From Scyliorhinus canicula (lineage: Eukaryota), in assembly GCF_902713615.1 (NCBI RefSeq), contig NC_052158.1, positions 38,307,729 to 38,371,728 of the forward strand: a DNA stretch of 64,000 nt, written 5' to 3'. The position numbers and the translations under genes are program-made. Shown one piece after another: positions 10,563-23,257 of this stretch (position 1 is its first letter; every line of letters starts with the position of its first letter). Under the pieces are notes generated by a model that saw nothing but the letters and a program-made list of their open reading frames with translations, did no database searches and was not told where the DNA came from.

Positions 10563-13500
10563 ATCGTTGAAGAAAAAGCCCTTCAATGCTATTTCGCCTC
10601 AGTAAAGAAATTGGCCACCATACGTTACAATATGTTCTCTGAATCCATTTATAATTTTATACCATTTACCTCTCCATTTCTCTCTTTGACTCGGCTCTTT
10701 TTGTCTTACATTTTAATAACTTAGAAAAAAAATTATGTATGAGTATATCAACTGTATGAATCAGGTAATGCACATGCGAAATTTTGTTTGGAACTAGAAT
10801 CCTAGTTTGGTCGATAGCAAAACGACGGCCCGTTTTACAATTTGCGTGGTGCTTTTTTAAAATTGTGTCATATTGATGTAAATTTGCATTCAGAGTGAGT
10901 GTGAAACTAGGGATAAGGGAAGGATAACACTTTCGAAAACGATCTTCCAATGCCTTTTTCATTCATTCTGATCCACCACATTTTTCAGTGTAAATCCCAA
11001 ATAACTCGGTCACAGGCAATCCCCATATAAGCAGGCATTTTGACAATTGCACATCCAACAATTTTACTTTTCCACAACTTATGAATATTTCCCATCAAAT
11101 CAGAGTTAGATGCTGAATAATGCAGCATCCAGTTGCTGAAGACATCAGTGGTCAGATTTAATACAGGATGGAAGTATTTCCTATGAGCAACACATCTTAA
11201 TTGTAGTTTTCTGGTTATGGATTAAGGAGAATTTTTACCAGAAATTGAGAAAACGAACCATCTATCTGAATACAGAGTGAGGACGTTAAGTGGGCCTGAA
11301 CACAAAGTTAACTCCTGGGTCATTATTTCGCCGCATGAATTATACGTTTATTCAGTATGATTTCGATCTTTGTGCGGTCATTTCGGTGGAAATTTTAAAA
11401 CATTCGAAGCAGAATGTATTTGTATTTATGAGCAATCCCGCCTTAGAAGCACACATAACCACATATTGGGAGGGGGCGGACACTCCCTTATAATTGTTTG
11501 TAAACTTAGGTTATTCTGCACTTGTCATAATAGTTTCAGTTCCAATCCCTTTATTTTAGTCAAATTGACTGTGTAATAAAAACGGATGAAAAACTGTTGA
11601 ATGGACCCATCTTTTATTTTTTTTCGCAATTTTCCCTCAACAAATCTAAGGTAAAACTGAGTCAGCAGCCGTCGGAAACTAAATGTACAAATTAAACGCC
11701 AGCACACAATAAAACTGGTGATTAATTTCATAGTGTGTGTTTTATTATGTCTTGAACCACACGTGAATTTTTAAATTTTAAATAACGTTTAGAGGCAAAA
11801 ACAATTGGTTTAATTCGGTATTTTCCCAATTCTTTCTATTGCATGTCCTTGTTTGCTCCAATTGCAATTAAATATTCCTGCTTATAGAACACAATTTCAA
11901 ATTAACTCTGTACTGCAATGTCTTCCAATATAGAAATCAATTCCAGTTCGAAAGTAAAGAAAATACCCAATTTCAACGAGCCGAATTTGCGATTGATTTT
12001 TTTTCTTCTGATGCCACAACTGTCCAGATCATTACCATACACCCAATCTCACCCCACTACTTTCACACACCGAAAATCAGATGTTGATCTGGCCGTAAAT
12101 TACATTACCTCTCAAAAATCTCAGTGGGCAGAAAGATGCAATTTTCAGTCCACTGCTCCAAGGAACTCATAATCTTCAGATGTTGACCCCTCCAATGTAC
12201 TACAGCCTCGCAGATTATTGCTGCTTTTCCATCATCTGTTAGAAGACAACTGGAAAGAAGTGTAATGAAACAATCATTGTTACTGAGTCTGGAGTGCCTT
12301 AAATGATAAGGCATGGCGAGTGCTTTAGGGAATACATTGCACAGATTAGGGTCTCAACCCTGAAGAAACAGCTGCCAATTTGCCAAAGAAATTGGTGTAA
12401 CGGTCGTGGAGAGTGAGCTGCACAAGAGGCTCGATTCGGAGGAAGTCCGCATTTGATTAAAACAGTAATACATCTTCAATTAATCAAAGCGTTTCTGAGA
12501 ATGCATGTAATTTATGCAGGCGATGTTAAGGAGTCAACACAGGCGATCTTCGTGATGGAAATATGTAGTTGGAAGTTCAACTCAGGATCAGATAGGATGC
12601 CATCTTTATTAAAAATATGGTTCAGTCATTGACCAAGGCCAGTATGTTGTAATTCAGAGAAAGCGAGTCGAGTTTGAGCCAAGCACAGGGTTAAGTATTC
12701 TCAGCGTTTACATACAGGAAATTCAGGCACGATCAGGACTTAATGTTAGTTAAGGAGTCTGAAATAACAGAGTGTCAGTGTTGAAAAGATTGGGAAGTGG
12801 GACAAAGGTGTCTGTCCTCAGCCGAAATATAAACCCCACATCATATTTTCTGATTATTCAATTGGGGGCCAACCTGTTGATGAGAAAAAAGAAGGGAACA
12901 GGAATGATTCTGTCTGGAACTCGGAAGGTAACAGTGTCGGGGAGGTATGAACTAATTGCAGGAGATTCGCTGTCCACAACTCGATTCTTCCGCGGCACTC
13001 TCGCTCAGCTGGACAAAGGAGGAGAAGGATTGTGGGAGAATGGGTAGTCAAGCATGCTTAGTCTGTAGGTAGTAAAGTGAGGAGAAATAAAAGAATCAAC
13101 GGGAAAAGCCCTTACACGATATATTCTACCATCTACATTAGTGTTTCACAACGTTACGCCAATTGATTCATCGATTGATTGACAAATTGATTCTTTGTTT
13201 CTGTGTTTCCTGGATTGAATGATTAATTGAGGCAGTTTTTGACTTTATTCGATCGGTAAAACGAGAGACAAATAGCCGTCCACTAATTCTATCTTTCTTT
13301 CGATGTTAATTTCCTTTCGATTCATCAGCAAGGGGAAGCTGGGAGAATGATAGATTGAAGCCATTCCGATAGCGTCCGTTTCACAACTCTCCTAATTATA
13401 GTACCACTGAATTCACGGGAAAGACAATTCGGGAGCGACGTAACATGGGCAGCCTGCTCAATATTATCCGTTACGTTATCACACAAGGGCAAGATCTATC

Positions 13501-13869
13501 CGCTGAACGCCGTCAGCTAAATCCATGTGTGCTCCCGTTAAGGGAATGGAAAATTAACTAGTTTTACACACAAGGCCGATTCACCTGCCATCATCACTCC
13601 ATTCGCCATCAAATATTGAATGTGCAGGTGATTTGTTTTATGTGAAATAAAATGAACGCCTTATGAAATCATCCTCTGAATCACCAGGAGCCGCTTCCAT
13701 TCTATGACCTGTAACTAATTTCGCCCCATTCCAAGAAGCAAAGGCAAATTGAGTTGAGCGGCTGCACAAATGACTTGGGGGTAATTTGCACATAGCTTAT
13801 GCTCAACGGGAGTTTTCCAGTGAGCTGAGTTTTAAAAATGTTTTTCACTTTCATTGTCCCACCTCATAG

Positions 13870-14393
13870 GTGATCTGTTGGCGATTATGGTTCTCTCGCT
13901 GAAAGCGTGGACTTTCTAAATGCATCACTCGTTAGATAGTGGCTATGGCGACGGCGATCGACTGTTGATAATATTCGATGTTACATTGTTTGAGATTAAT
14001 GACATGCATTTCTCATATGCTTTCTTCCATAACGCTCATTTTTGCCGTTTCAATATAGTCCTGAATTTTGCAGTCGTCGATTATTCTTTCTGGTTATATG
14101 ACGCTTTCACCTTTGATTGATTCATCGCCATTTCTTGCCCGAAATTGAGAGTTAAGTATTGGACTGCGAGAACGGCGGCCATCGTTATAACGATTGTCTT
14201 TGGAGTGTGTTTTGGAGAAAACATTCCAATTTACTTTGTCAGTGAATCCGTAGAAATGATTAACAATGGGAATAGTACTATTTTTAAAAATCAAGCTCCG
14301 CTGGTGTACCAACATGGGTTGCGTATTTCTTCTGATATGACCTTAACACCACTGGTACCATTTTCGATGATTGTCGTGCTCAATGCTCTAATC
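13870..14393 (+). pseudogene. GPR139-like pseudogene, 5' part of exon 2 (TM1-TM5)
   Basis: Acceptor acctcatag| as in gene 1 and homologous to 9667-10195. Lesions: frameshifts, TAG at 13933, and the Arg codon of DRF changed to TGA at 14118. No exon 1 found upstream. Confidence 0.9.
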
Positions 14394-15891
14394 ACAACGT
14401 CTTTACCTTCGACAACAAGTTCTTCATCCAGACACACGGAACAGCCATGCGGACTGAATTCGCACCTCAATATGCCAACATCTTCATGCACAAGTTTGAA
14501 CAAGACCTCTCAGGGCACAGCACCTTCAACCGATGTTATACACCAGATACATCAATTACATTGCTTTCCTTTGGACCCACGGCGAAGAATCACTGAAACA
14601 ACTACAGGATGATATCAAAAAGTTCCATCCCACCATCAGACCCACCATGGACTACTCTCCAAAATCGGTTGCATTCTTGGACACACTCATCTCCATCAAA
14701 GACGGTCACCTCAGCACTTCACTTTACCACAAGCCCATGGATAACCTCACGATGCTCCACTTCTCCAGCTTCCACCCTAAACACATTAAAGAAGCCATCC
14801 CCTATGGACAAGCCCTCCGTATACACAGGATCTGCTCAGACAAGGAGGAGTGTAACAGACATCTACAGACACTGAAAGATGGCCTCATATGAACGGGATA
14901 AGGCACTCAACTCATCGATCGACAGTTCCAATGCTCCACAGCAAAATACCACACCAAGCTCCTCAGAAGATAAGCACGGGACACAACCAACAGAGTACCC
15001 TTCGTCATCCAGTACTTCCCCAGAGCGTAGAACAACGACATCTTCTTCAAAGCCTTCAAGATGTCATTGATGAAGACGAATACCTTGCCAATGCCATCCC
15101 CACACCCCCACTACTAGCCTTCAAACAACTGTGCAACCTCAAACAAACCATTTTTTTGCAGCTAACTACCCAGCCTTCAGAACAACGATCATGACACCAC
15201 ACAACCCTGCCATGGCAATCTCGGCAAGACATGCCAAATCATCGACATGGGTATTACACGTGAGAACACCACCCACCAGGTACACGGTACATACTCGTGC
15301 AACTCGACCAATGTTGTCTACCTCAAATGCTGCAGGAAAGGATGTCCCTAAGTGTGGTACATTGGCGAGACTATACAGACACTGCGATAATGGATAAATG
15401 GACATTGCGCGAAAATCGCCACGCAGGAATGTTCTTTTCCAGTCGGGGATCACTTCATCAGTCACGGGCATTCAGCCTCTGATCTTCGGGTAAGCATTCT
15501 TCAAGGCAGCCTTCAGGACGCGTGACAATGCAAAATCATCAAGCAGAAACCTATTGCCAAGTTCTGCACACATGAGTACAGCCTAAACCGGGACATTGAA
15601 TTCATGTCACATTATATTGACCCCCCACCATCTGGCCTGAGCTTGCAAAATCCTACCAACTGTCCTGGCTTGAGGCAATTCACACCTCTTTAACCTGGGA
15701 TTAACCCTCTCTGTATCTGTAAAGACTTAATTAACTGCAAATGCACGCATTCAAAGTATCATCTTTGTCTACCTATAGGTTTCTGGAATCTACCTCATCA
15801 CTCACCTGAAGAAGGAGCAATGATCTGAAAGCTAGTGATTTGAAACAAACCTGTTAGATTTTAACCTGGTGTTGTAAGGCTTCTTACTGTG
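14394..15891 (+). mobile_element. 5'-truncated Penelope-like element (RT C-terminus, GIY-YIG endonuclease, terminal repeat with hammerhead motif)
   Basis: RT motifs NVFTFDNKFFIQTHGTAM, FAPQYANIFM, FLDTLISIKDG, LYHKP, IPYGQALR. GIY-YIG-like segment TCNSTNVVY...WYIGET...LR. Ends with aacctggtgttgtaaggcttcttactgtg. Several stops and frameshifts. Confidence 0.9.
15802..15838 (+). ncRNA. Minimal (dimer-type) hammerhead ribozyme motif, stem II partly degenerate
   Basis: TCAC-CTGAAGA-A-GGAGC-AAT-GATCT-GAA-AGCT-A-GTGA. Stem I is TCAC/GTGA, the CUGANGA and GAAA cores are present, and stem III is the palindrome AGCT. Confidence 0.6.
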
Positions 15892-16240
15892 ATAGGCGCA
15901 TTGTACGAGCCAATCGAGTGAGGAGGTTATTCTATGGAATCAGAAATCATGAGAATAACAATGACGCAGAGATGGAGAATTGATTAAAATCCATCAACTT
16001 GCTGCTGGCTGGCTGTGGCTGTTTCATACTGTTCTGGCAAGAAACATTTGTGCATGTCATATGTTAACACTTTACTGGAGACCGTGACGCTCACTGATTA
16101 CAATGATCCATTGGTAGTCATGGAGCACATTGGATATATGCTTCAGCGTTTGATTCAATTATCTATGCTGTGGCTCAGATGAGATTCAGAGAAGGATTAA
16201 AGAATGTCGCTAAATATTCATTGATTTTGATTAAGAAGTG
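15892..16240 (+). pseudogene. GPR139-like pseudogene, 3' part of exon 2 (ICL3-TM7)
   Basis: Resumes with aggcgcattgtacgagccaatcgagtgagg, then NDAEMEN*, CFILFW, NDPLVVMEHIGYMLQRL, IYAVAQ.RFRE. Stop at 15981 and deletions. Confidence 0.9.
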
Positions 16241-16324
16241 AGATTCTTCAGAAAATATAATAAGGTCTGAATGTAATTCATACTCAGTGCAAATATTACC
16301 CGCCATGTATCATAACGTAATCTC

Positions 16325-16670
16325 ATAATCATAGAATCATAGAAGTTACAGTGCAGTAGGTGGCCATTTGTCCAATCAAGTCTGTATCGGCCCTTGGAAA
16401 GAGCACCATACCCATGACCACACTTCCACCCTATCTCCAGAATCCCACCTAACCTTGTATTTTCGACACTAAGAGCAATTTAGCACAGCCAATCCACCTA
16501 ACCTGCACATTTATGGACTGTGGGAGGAAACCGGTGCACAGGAGAAAATCCACGCACACACGGAAAGAACATACAGACTTCGCACAGAAAGAGGCCCAAG
16601 CCGTGAATCAAACTGGTACACTGGAGCTTTGAAGCAACAGCGCTAATTACTGTGCTGCTGTACTGCCCTT
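16325..16670 (-). mobile_element. HE1-like V-SINE with a CR1-type tail
   Basis: SINE core gcaatttagcacagccaatccacctaacctgcacatttatggactgtggg and tail (catagaat)n. Confidence 0.85.
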
Positions 16671-16689
16671 GATGGTCCTTTGATAATTA

Positions 16690-16770
16690 CATGCTTTCCC
16701 TTCCTTTGTTTCCTTCGTTTCCTTCCTTTCCTTCCTTTACTCCCTCCCTCCCCCTCCTCCTCCCTGGGTT
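16690..16770. repeat. CT-rich low-complexity tract
   Basis: (ttcc)n and (ctcc)n repeats. Confidence 0.8.
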
Positions 16771-17269
16771 GGTGTTCCTACGCCACTGGATTGCAGCTGT
16801 TTAAGTATGCAGCTCACCACAACTGTTTCAAATGACATTTGGGATGGATGATAAATGTTGGTCCAGCCAACGACGACAAATCATGCAAATTAATGAATAA
16901 ACAAATAAAAACAGTTCCAAGTTCTGGATGTGAACTTACTGGTGGCGGTGCACCATGCTCCTGCTTCCTTTTTCCGTTCAGATGGTTCACACTTTTGGAA
17001 GGTGGTCTGCAAGGACGCTTGGGAATTCCAGCAGCTCATCCAATTGGTGGTGCATGCTGCTGCCACAGGGCATCGATGCTGGGAATACTGAATGTATAAG
17101 CTAGTGGATAGGGCACCAATGAAGTAGGCTTTCTCCTGGATGGTGTTGATCTTCTGAAGTGTTGTAATGCTGAACTCGTCCAGGCAAGTGGGGAGTATTC
17201 CATCACACTCCTGAGTTGTGCCTTATTGATTATGGACAGGCTTTGGGGAGGAAAGACGTGAGTTTCCTT

Positions 17270-17445
17270 TGGTTGCTCCAGTTTCCTGCCACAAGTCCCG
17301 GAAGATGTGCTTGTTAGGTGAATTGGACATTCTGAATTCTCCATCTGTGCACCCGAATAGGTGCCACATTGTGCTGACTAGACGATTTTCATAGTAACTT
17401 CATTGCAGTGTTTATGTAAGCCTACTTGTGACAACAATAAAGACT
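17270..17445 (+). mobile_element. V-SINE 3' half
   Basis: ccacaagtcccggaagatgtgc...gtaagcctacttgtgacaacaataaag; same subfamily as 19200-19490. Confidence 0.7.
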
Positions 17446-17744
17446 TATTAGTCGCTGCAGAATTCCGAGCTGTTCTTTTTTATTATCGTGCTTTCACAGG
17501 GTGTGTGCATCACATTTATTCCCCATCCCTAATTAACCTTGAGAAAGTGGTGGTAAGCAAAGAAGATCCGCATGGGTACTTCCTGAGAAGGTATAAATCC
17601 ATGGGATCAAGGGCAATATTAGAAGGTGGATACAAAATTGGTTAAGAGGCAGAGGGTGATAGTCAAAGGTTGTCTTTGTGACTGGAAGCCTGTTTTTAGT
17701 GGTGTAATGCAGGTATAGATGCTGGGCTTCTTGATGTTGATATG

Positions 17745-18060
17745 GACAGCATGGTAGTACAGTGGTTAGCACTGTTGCTTCACGGCTACAGGGTTCCAGG
17801 TTCGATTCCCAGCTTGGGTTACTGTCCGTGCAGAGTCTGCACATTTTCCCCGTGACTGCGGGCTTCATCTGGGTGCTCTGGTTTCCTCCCAGAATCCAAA
17901 GATATGCGGGTTAGGTGGAATGACCATGATAAATTACCCTAAGTGTCAAAAAGAAAGATTAGATGAGGTTGCAGGGATAGGGTGGATGTGTGGCCTTAAG
18001 TAGGTGCAGACTTGATGGGGCAAATGGCCTCCTTCTGCACTGTAATTTCTATGATTCTAG
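17745..18060 (+). mobile_element. HE1-like V-SINE
   Basis: Head ggacagcatggtagtacagtggttagcactgttgcttcacggctacagggttccaggttcgattccc. Confidence 0.85.
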
Positions 18061-18975
18061 TGTACATTAATGCTCTAGACATGAAAGCAAGAAGTATGAT
18101 CTGTAAATCCGCAGACAAAACTAAAATTGGTGCTGTGGGAAGTAGCGAGGAGGAAAGCCCTAGATTACAGGACAATATAGACAGGCTGGTCAGATGTGCA
18201 GAACGGCAGCAAATGGGGGACTAGCAAGGCAAGGGAATACAAAATGAGTGGAAGGACGCTAGGTCGTACAGAGGGCCAGAGGGATATTGGAGTGCATGTC
18301 CATAGATTCCTGCAGGCAAAAGAATAGGTAGATCAGGTGGTTAAGAAGTGATATGAGATACTTGCCGGTATTAGCCAAAGTATAGAATATAAAAACAGAG
18401 AGAATATGATGGAAGTGCATAAGACTCTCATTCGGGCACAGCTGGAGTACTGTGTGTAATTCTGTTAGCCACATTATAGGAAGGATATAATCACACTGGA
18501 AAGGGTGCAGAGGAGATTCACCAGGATGTTGCCCGGGTTGGAGCCTTTCCGATATGGAGTAAGGCTGCTTAGGCAGAGGTTGTTTCCCCTTAAAGCAGGG
18601 AAGGCTGAGGTGGGACCTGATGAAGGTGTGAAAAATTATAAGGAGCATCGATAGGAATGAATATTCCCCCTCTGTAGAGGGGTCAGTAAGCAGCGGGCAT
18701 AGATTTAAGGTAAGGGGCAGGAAATTCAGAGGGAATGTTCGGAAAAGCTTTTTCACCCAGAGGTTTATGGGAATCTGGAACTCACTTCCTGAAAGGGCGG
18801 TGGAGGTGGAAACCTTCACAACATTTGAGAAACATTTCAATGTGCACTTGAAACTCCATAGCACACAAGGCTACGGTCCAAGTGCTGGAAAATGGGATTT
18901 GAATAGAAAGTTGTTTCTTGGCTGGAGAAGATACGGTGGGGCAAGGGCCTCTTTTTGTGCTGTGAAGCTCCATGA
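18061..18975 (+). mobile_element. Degraded CR1 LINE 3' fragment
   Basis: Remnant ADKTKIG...LQDNIDRLV..AE..QM, followed by a CR1 3' region (ttcacccagagg...tggaactcact). Confidence 0.8.
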
Positions 18976-19199
18976 AGTTGCATTCTGGTCATCATCTAGC
19001 ACATGTGTGGGTGCGAGATTAATTGTAATGAGTGCGTTTTTGGAGGTAGGTGCGTTACAGAGATGGGGAAGTGAGCGTGGGATGGACAGGGCTGGGCTGG
19101 TGGGGAGAATTCGGGGTTCAGATATTCAAGTTTGAAGGCAATGCCAGTAATGTTGCAACCATTACATCAATGAAACTTTAACAAAAAATAATCCGTTGG

Positions 19200-19490
19200 G
19201 GGAGCAATGTAGCACAGTAGTTAGCACTTTTGCTTCACAGCTCCAGGGCCCAGGTTCAATTCCCAACTTGTGTCACTGCCTGTGTGGAGGCTACACATTC
19301 TCCCTTTGTCTGCATGCGTTTCCTCCGGGTACTCCGGTTTCCTCCCACAAGTCCCGAAAGGTGCGCTATTTGTGAATTGGACATTCTGAATTCTCCCTCA
19401 GTGCACCCAAACAGGCGACTAGTGGATTTTCACACTAACGTCATTGCAGTGTTAGTGTAAGTATACTTGTGACAATAAAGATTCTAAAAT
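19200..19490 (+). mobile_element. V-SINE
   Basis: tRNA-like head gcacagtagttagcacttttgcttcacagctccagggcccaggttcaattccc and tail acttgtgacaataaag. Confidence 0.85.
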
Positions 19491-20208
19491 AAATAATGAA
19501 TGGCTGATCCACTACCAGCCCATTTTAAGCAGCCACAAAAGTTGGAAGCATGTACCTCTTACACACATGCTTTCAAGCAGTCCCCATTCATGACAAAGAT
19601 AAATAGAACAGATCTTGTGGGAAACCCAACATCAGGTATTCTAACTGGGAGTCGACTTCCGGTGGGGGAAGAGAGTGATCGCATGTAGAAGAGCTCTTGA
19701 GGGGGGAAGACAGTTGCGTCCGGTTCCCCCATGAACAACATGCGCCCGGGTGCGCGAGCGTGGCCGGCTGGGCCCCCACATGGCGAGAGGGGGCGGAGGA
19801 AGAGGAGCAACCCGGACTCCGAGGCGGAGCGGGGCCGGAGACCTGACACTCAGGAGCGGAGCGAGCAGCAGAAACACGAGGGGAGAGCCCCCCGGGGAGA
19901 AGGAGAGGAGGCCGCAAGGGACCGGAGGGAAACTTTCCCCAACCCACCAGAAATGGACAGATCGCACCGGTCGCTGCGCCCGAAACCCAGTGCGGGGGAA
20001 AACCTGAGGGCAGTTATAGCCAAACTGCACCGGTGCAAAGACAGGGAAACAATCCTGCACTGGGCCAGGCAAAACAGAACCTGCAAATGGGAAGGACACC
20101 TCATTAGAGTGTACGAGGACATTGGGGCAGACCTCGCCAGGAGACGGGCCAAATTCAACAGTGAAAGCAGCCCTTCACAGGAACAACGTACGCTTTGGTA
20201 TGCTGTAC

Positions 20209-21294
20209 TGTTGTATCTTCGGATTGTGAAGTTTTATTCAATTTACCGGTTGTTCTTGAGACATTGCTGAAACTCAGTAGAAATTCAAGTTAAAAACTTG
20301 TCAGGTGCAAATAAGAATTGTTTTTTTTGAAGTTCATTGGTTACAACTTGAATTTCATTTAAAAGGTAGTTTGTAGACAATTTGATTTTCTTCAAAGAAT
20401 CACAGGAATTATCTTCTGAGACAATAGCCTGAACACAACTTTAAAAGTCAAAGGCTGAAGTCAAAGTATGAAAATGAAATAGGAATACAGAACTCTTTTC
20501 TAATTCTCTTCCTTTACTTTCTCTCTCTCTGTCTCTTTCTGTCTTTCTTCTCTTTGTCTCTTTCCTGTCTCTTTCTCTCTGTCTCTTTCTTCCTTTCTTT
20601 CTCTGTCTCTTTCTGTCGTTCTTCTCTTTGTCTCTTTCCTGTCTCTTTCTCTCTATCTCTTTCTTCCTTTCTCTGTCTCTTTCTGTCTTTCTTCTCTTTG
20701 TCTCTTTCCTGTCTCTTTCTCTCTGTCTCTTTCTTCCTTTCTTTCTCTGTCTCTTTCTGTCTAAAATGGTGGCCAAATCATCCATGGATATACTATTTCA
20801 TATCTGTTTTAAGCGATCCGATCACACTTCAATATAATCCTAATTGGTTTAAGCTATATTCAAAACACATTTGATTTGATAACAAGCCGTCCATCCTCAC
20901 GATGCAACGCCACTTCCAATTGTTGCTTATCTGCAACAATTGAGACGTTATGTCATCTCATCATACTATAATTCCGAAAATATAATTGAAACTGTCTTAA
21001 CACAGTCTAAAATGTTTCGGCTTGCATACGTTATGGAATGTGGTTCAGGCTGTTATCACAAGTGGCCTGAAATCAGAACAATGGAGCCTTTATAGCTTCC
21101 ACCTTATTGCCATGGGATACAGCCCATGCCCTTGGAAAAATGTGATGTTTTTATCAGTGGTTCTGTGTTTTCCAAACTCATGTCTGAGTTTGGAAATTGT
21201 ATGTTTCTTTCATTTTAAAACTGGGATTTAATATTTATGCTTTAAACAGCTTTTTTACCTATATTAAGTGTATTTAAAATACCTGACTTCTACA
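20209..21294 (-). mobile_element. Solo LTR (1086 bp) inserted in L1 ORF1
   Basis: TGTTG...CTTCTACA termini. 5-bp TSD TGTAC at 20204-20208 and 21295-21299. Removing it restores L1 ORF1 FGMLY-P-VKLWV. Minus-strand AATAAA at 20233-20238. Confidence 0.85.
20508..20762. repeat. CT-rich higher-order tandem repeat (about 74-nt unit, about 3.4 copies) inside the solo LTR
   Basis: Recurring unit ctctgtctctttctgtctttcttctctttgtctctttcctgtctctttctctctgtctctttcttcctttcttt. Confidence 0.85.
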
Positions 21295-23016
21295 TGTACC
21301 CAGTGAAACTCTGGGTCACATGCCAAGAAAGAGAGTACTTCTTTCCAGCCCCCGCCGACGCAAACAAATTTATCGAGGAATGTGTTGTTGGAAAACCTGA
21401 GCAAACACAGGGCCCTGGCAAGGGGCAACAACACGCCAGCAGGGGGACAGGGGAGGGGAGCGGCAATGCCAGGCACCCCCGCCCATACCCCCAACATGGC
21501 GAGCGCACCCTGAACAAAAAGCAAACCACTACCCAACGAACCGCCAGGCCCCAGCACGGCAAGAGAGAAGTGAAGAAGGGTGAGCAAACAGGGGGGAGTG
21601 CAGGGGAGAGAGGGGGAAGAACGAGGAGAAAAACACAAAGGCTGGGCAGGGGAGAAGCAAGTCAGTAACTCCTTAGAGGGAGGTCACTGCACTGGCAAGA
21701 AAGCTAGCACCGGGGACATGCAAAAAATGCAGGGCCACAGTGCGCCCCCAACAGGGGGGAACAGCGCCAGGCGGGGGGGGGGGGGGGGGAACCACTCAAC
21801 AGAGGCGGGAGATCAAACGGGGATAGGAGCAGGGGAAAGAAGGACAAAGGAGAAATATACGGGAGAGGGGGAGAAAAGGGGAGGGAAGGGAGAGACGGGG
21901 GCCGCACAGGTGGGGGCGGAACACAGTGACGGACGGAAAAACAAGGCTAGAAAAGGAGCAACAATAGGGCTCGGAACAAGGAATCGGTGCAAGCATCCAC
22001 CCTGTACGGCCTCTGGATGAAGGGAGAACCCAGTGTGAAGGTGGCTACCTGTGTGGCGGCCGCACAGCGGGCGACCATGGCGGGGGTCCCATGAACGGAG
22101 GGAAACCCCAGAGGGCAGTGGCCCGACCGCATGGAGAGAGCAGTGAAAGCAACCATCCTGGAGGCCTCCTAACAAGGGGGAACCCCGGAGGGCAGGGCGC
22201 ATCCACCAGGTGAATATAGTCAATCCCACAGGAGCGAGGGGACAGAAGCCCCCCGCCAGGATTGTCACCTGGAACGTAAGGGGACTCAACGACCCAGTGA
22301 AAAGGTCCAGAGTCCTCAATCACCTAAGAAACATGAAGGTAGACATAATCTTCCTTCAAGAGACGCACCTGAGACAGCATGACCGACTGCAGGTAAAAAA
22401 GGGCTGTTGCAGGACGAGGGCCGGGGGGCTGGCAATACTGATCAGTAAATGGACAATGTTTAGGGCGACAAAGATGGTTACAGACCCAAGGGGACAGGAC
22501 GTCATGGTTAGCGGGACCTTGGATGGGGCACCAGTAATACTAGTTCATGTGTATGCGCCCAACTGGGACGACCCAAGCTTCATCAAGAAGACCATGGCAG
22601 AAGCCACTGACATAGCAACACACCTGCTAATCATGGGAGGGGGCGGGGGGGGACAGACACTTCAACTTTGCACAGGACCCAACAACTGACAGATCAAACC
22701 CCAAGATGGGGGAAACCTCAAACATGGCAGGGGAACTCGATCACTTTATGGAACAGATGGGAGCAGTTGAATCCTGGAGGTTTACCCACACAGGGGAGAA
22801 TGAGTTTTCCTTCCAGTCCCCAGCACACAACGTATACACCAGAATTAATTTTTTTGTGGTGGGGAAAATGGTGCTTCCGGAGATAGACAAAGTGGAATAC
22901 TCAGCAATTATAATATCAGACCACGCTCCACACTATATGGACGTGAGGCTGGAAACGGGCAGGGCCCAACGACCCACATGGAGGTTGAACGTTGCACTAC
23001 TGGCTGACAAGGCCTT

Positions 23017-23257
23017 TGTTGAGGAAAAAATACCAGCACTTCAAGTTTTCGCCAAAGGTCCTTTATTTTAACACGAAGTTTGTGGGGGGATTTAGAGTGA
23101 CCAAAATCCTTCTAATTGTTCCCACTGTACAAAGGCAAGGCAGTACTTTATATTGTTCAATAAGCAATATTTAGAAAAAATAGGCATTCCATTGATAAGC
23201 CCAGAGACAGAAAAGCGAGCAATCTTAAACAACAGGCCTTGAATTCGTAGTCTACGA
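23017..23257 (-). mobile_element. ERV 3' LTR, truncated (U3-proximal part lost)
   Basis: Aligns to 30499-30838 with about 12 substitutions and 2 single-base indels over about 240 bp, counted by eye. It is then fused directly to integrase sequence. Confidence 0.9.

Noticed and set aside
10600-13270. Expected exon 1 of the GPCR pseudogene
   Set aside because: No IYYP...GVP|gtaag-like sequence found, so it was not annotated.
20441-20874. Lys/Arg/Glu-rich and Ser/Leu/Phe-rich ORFs
   Set aside because: Translations of the CT microsatellite in the solo LTR.
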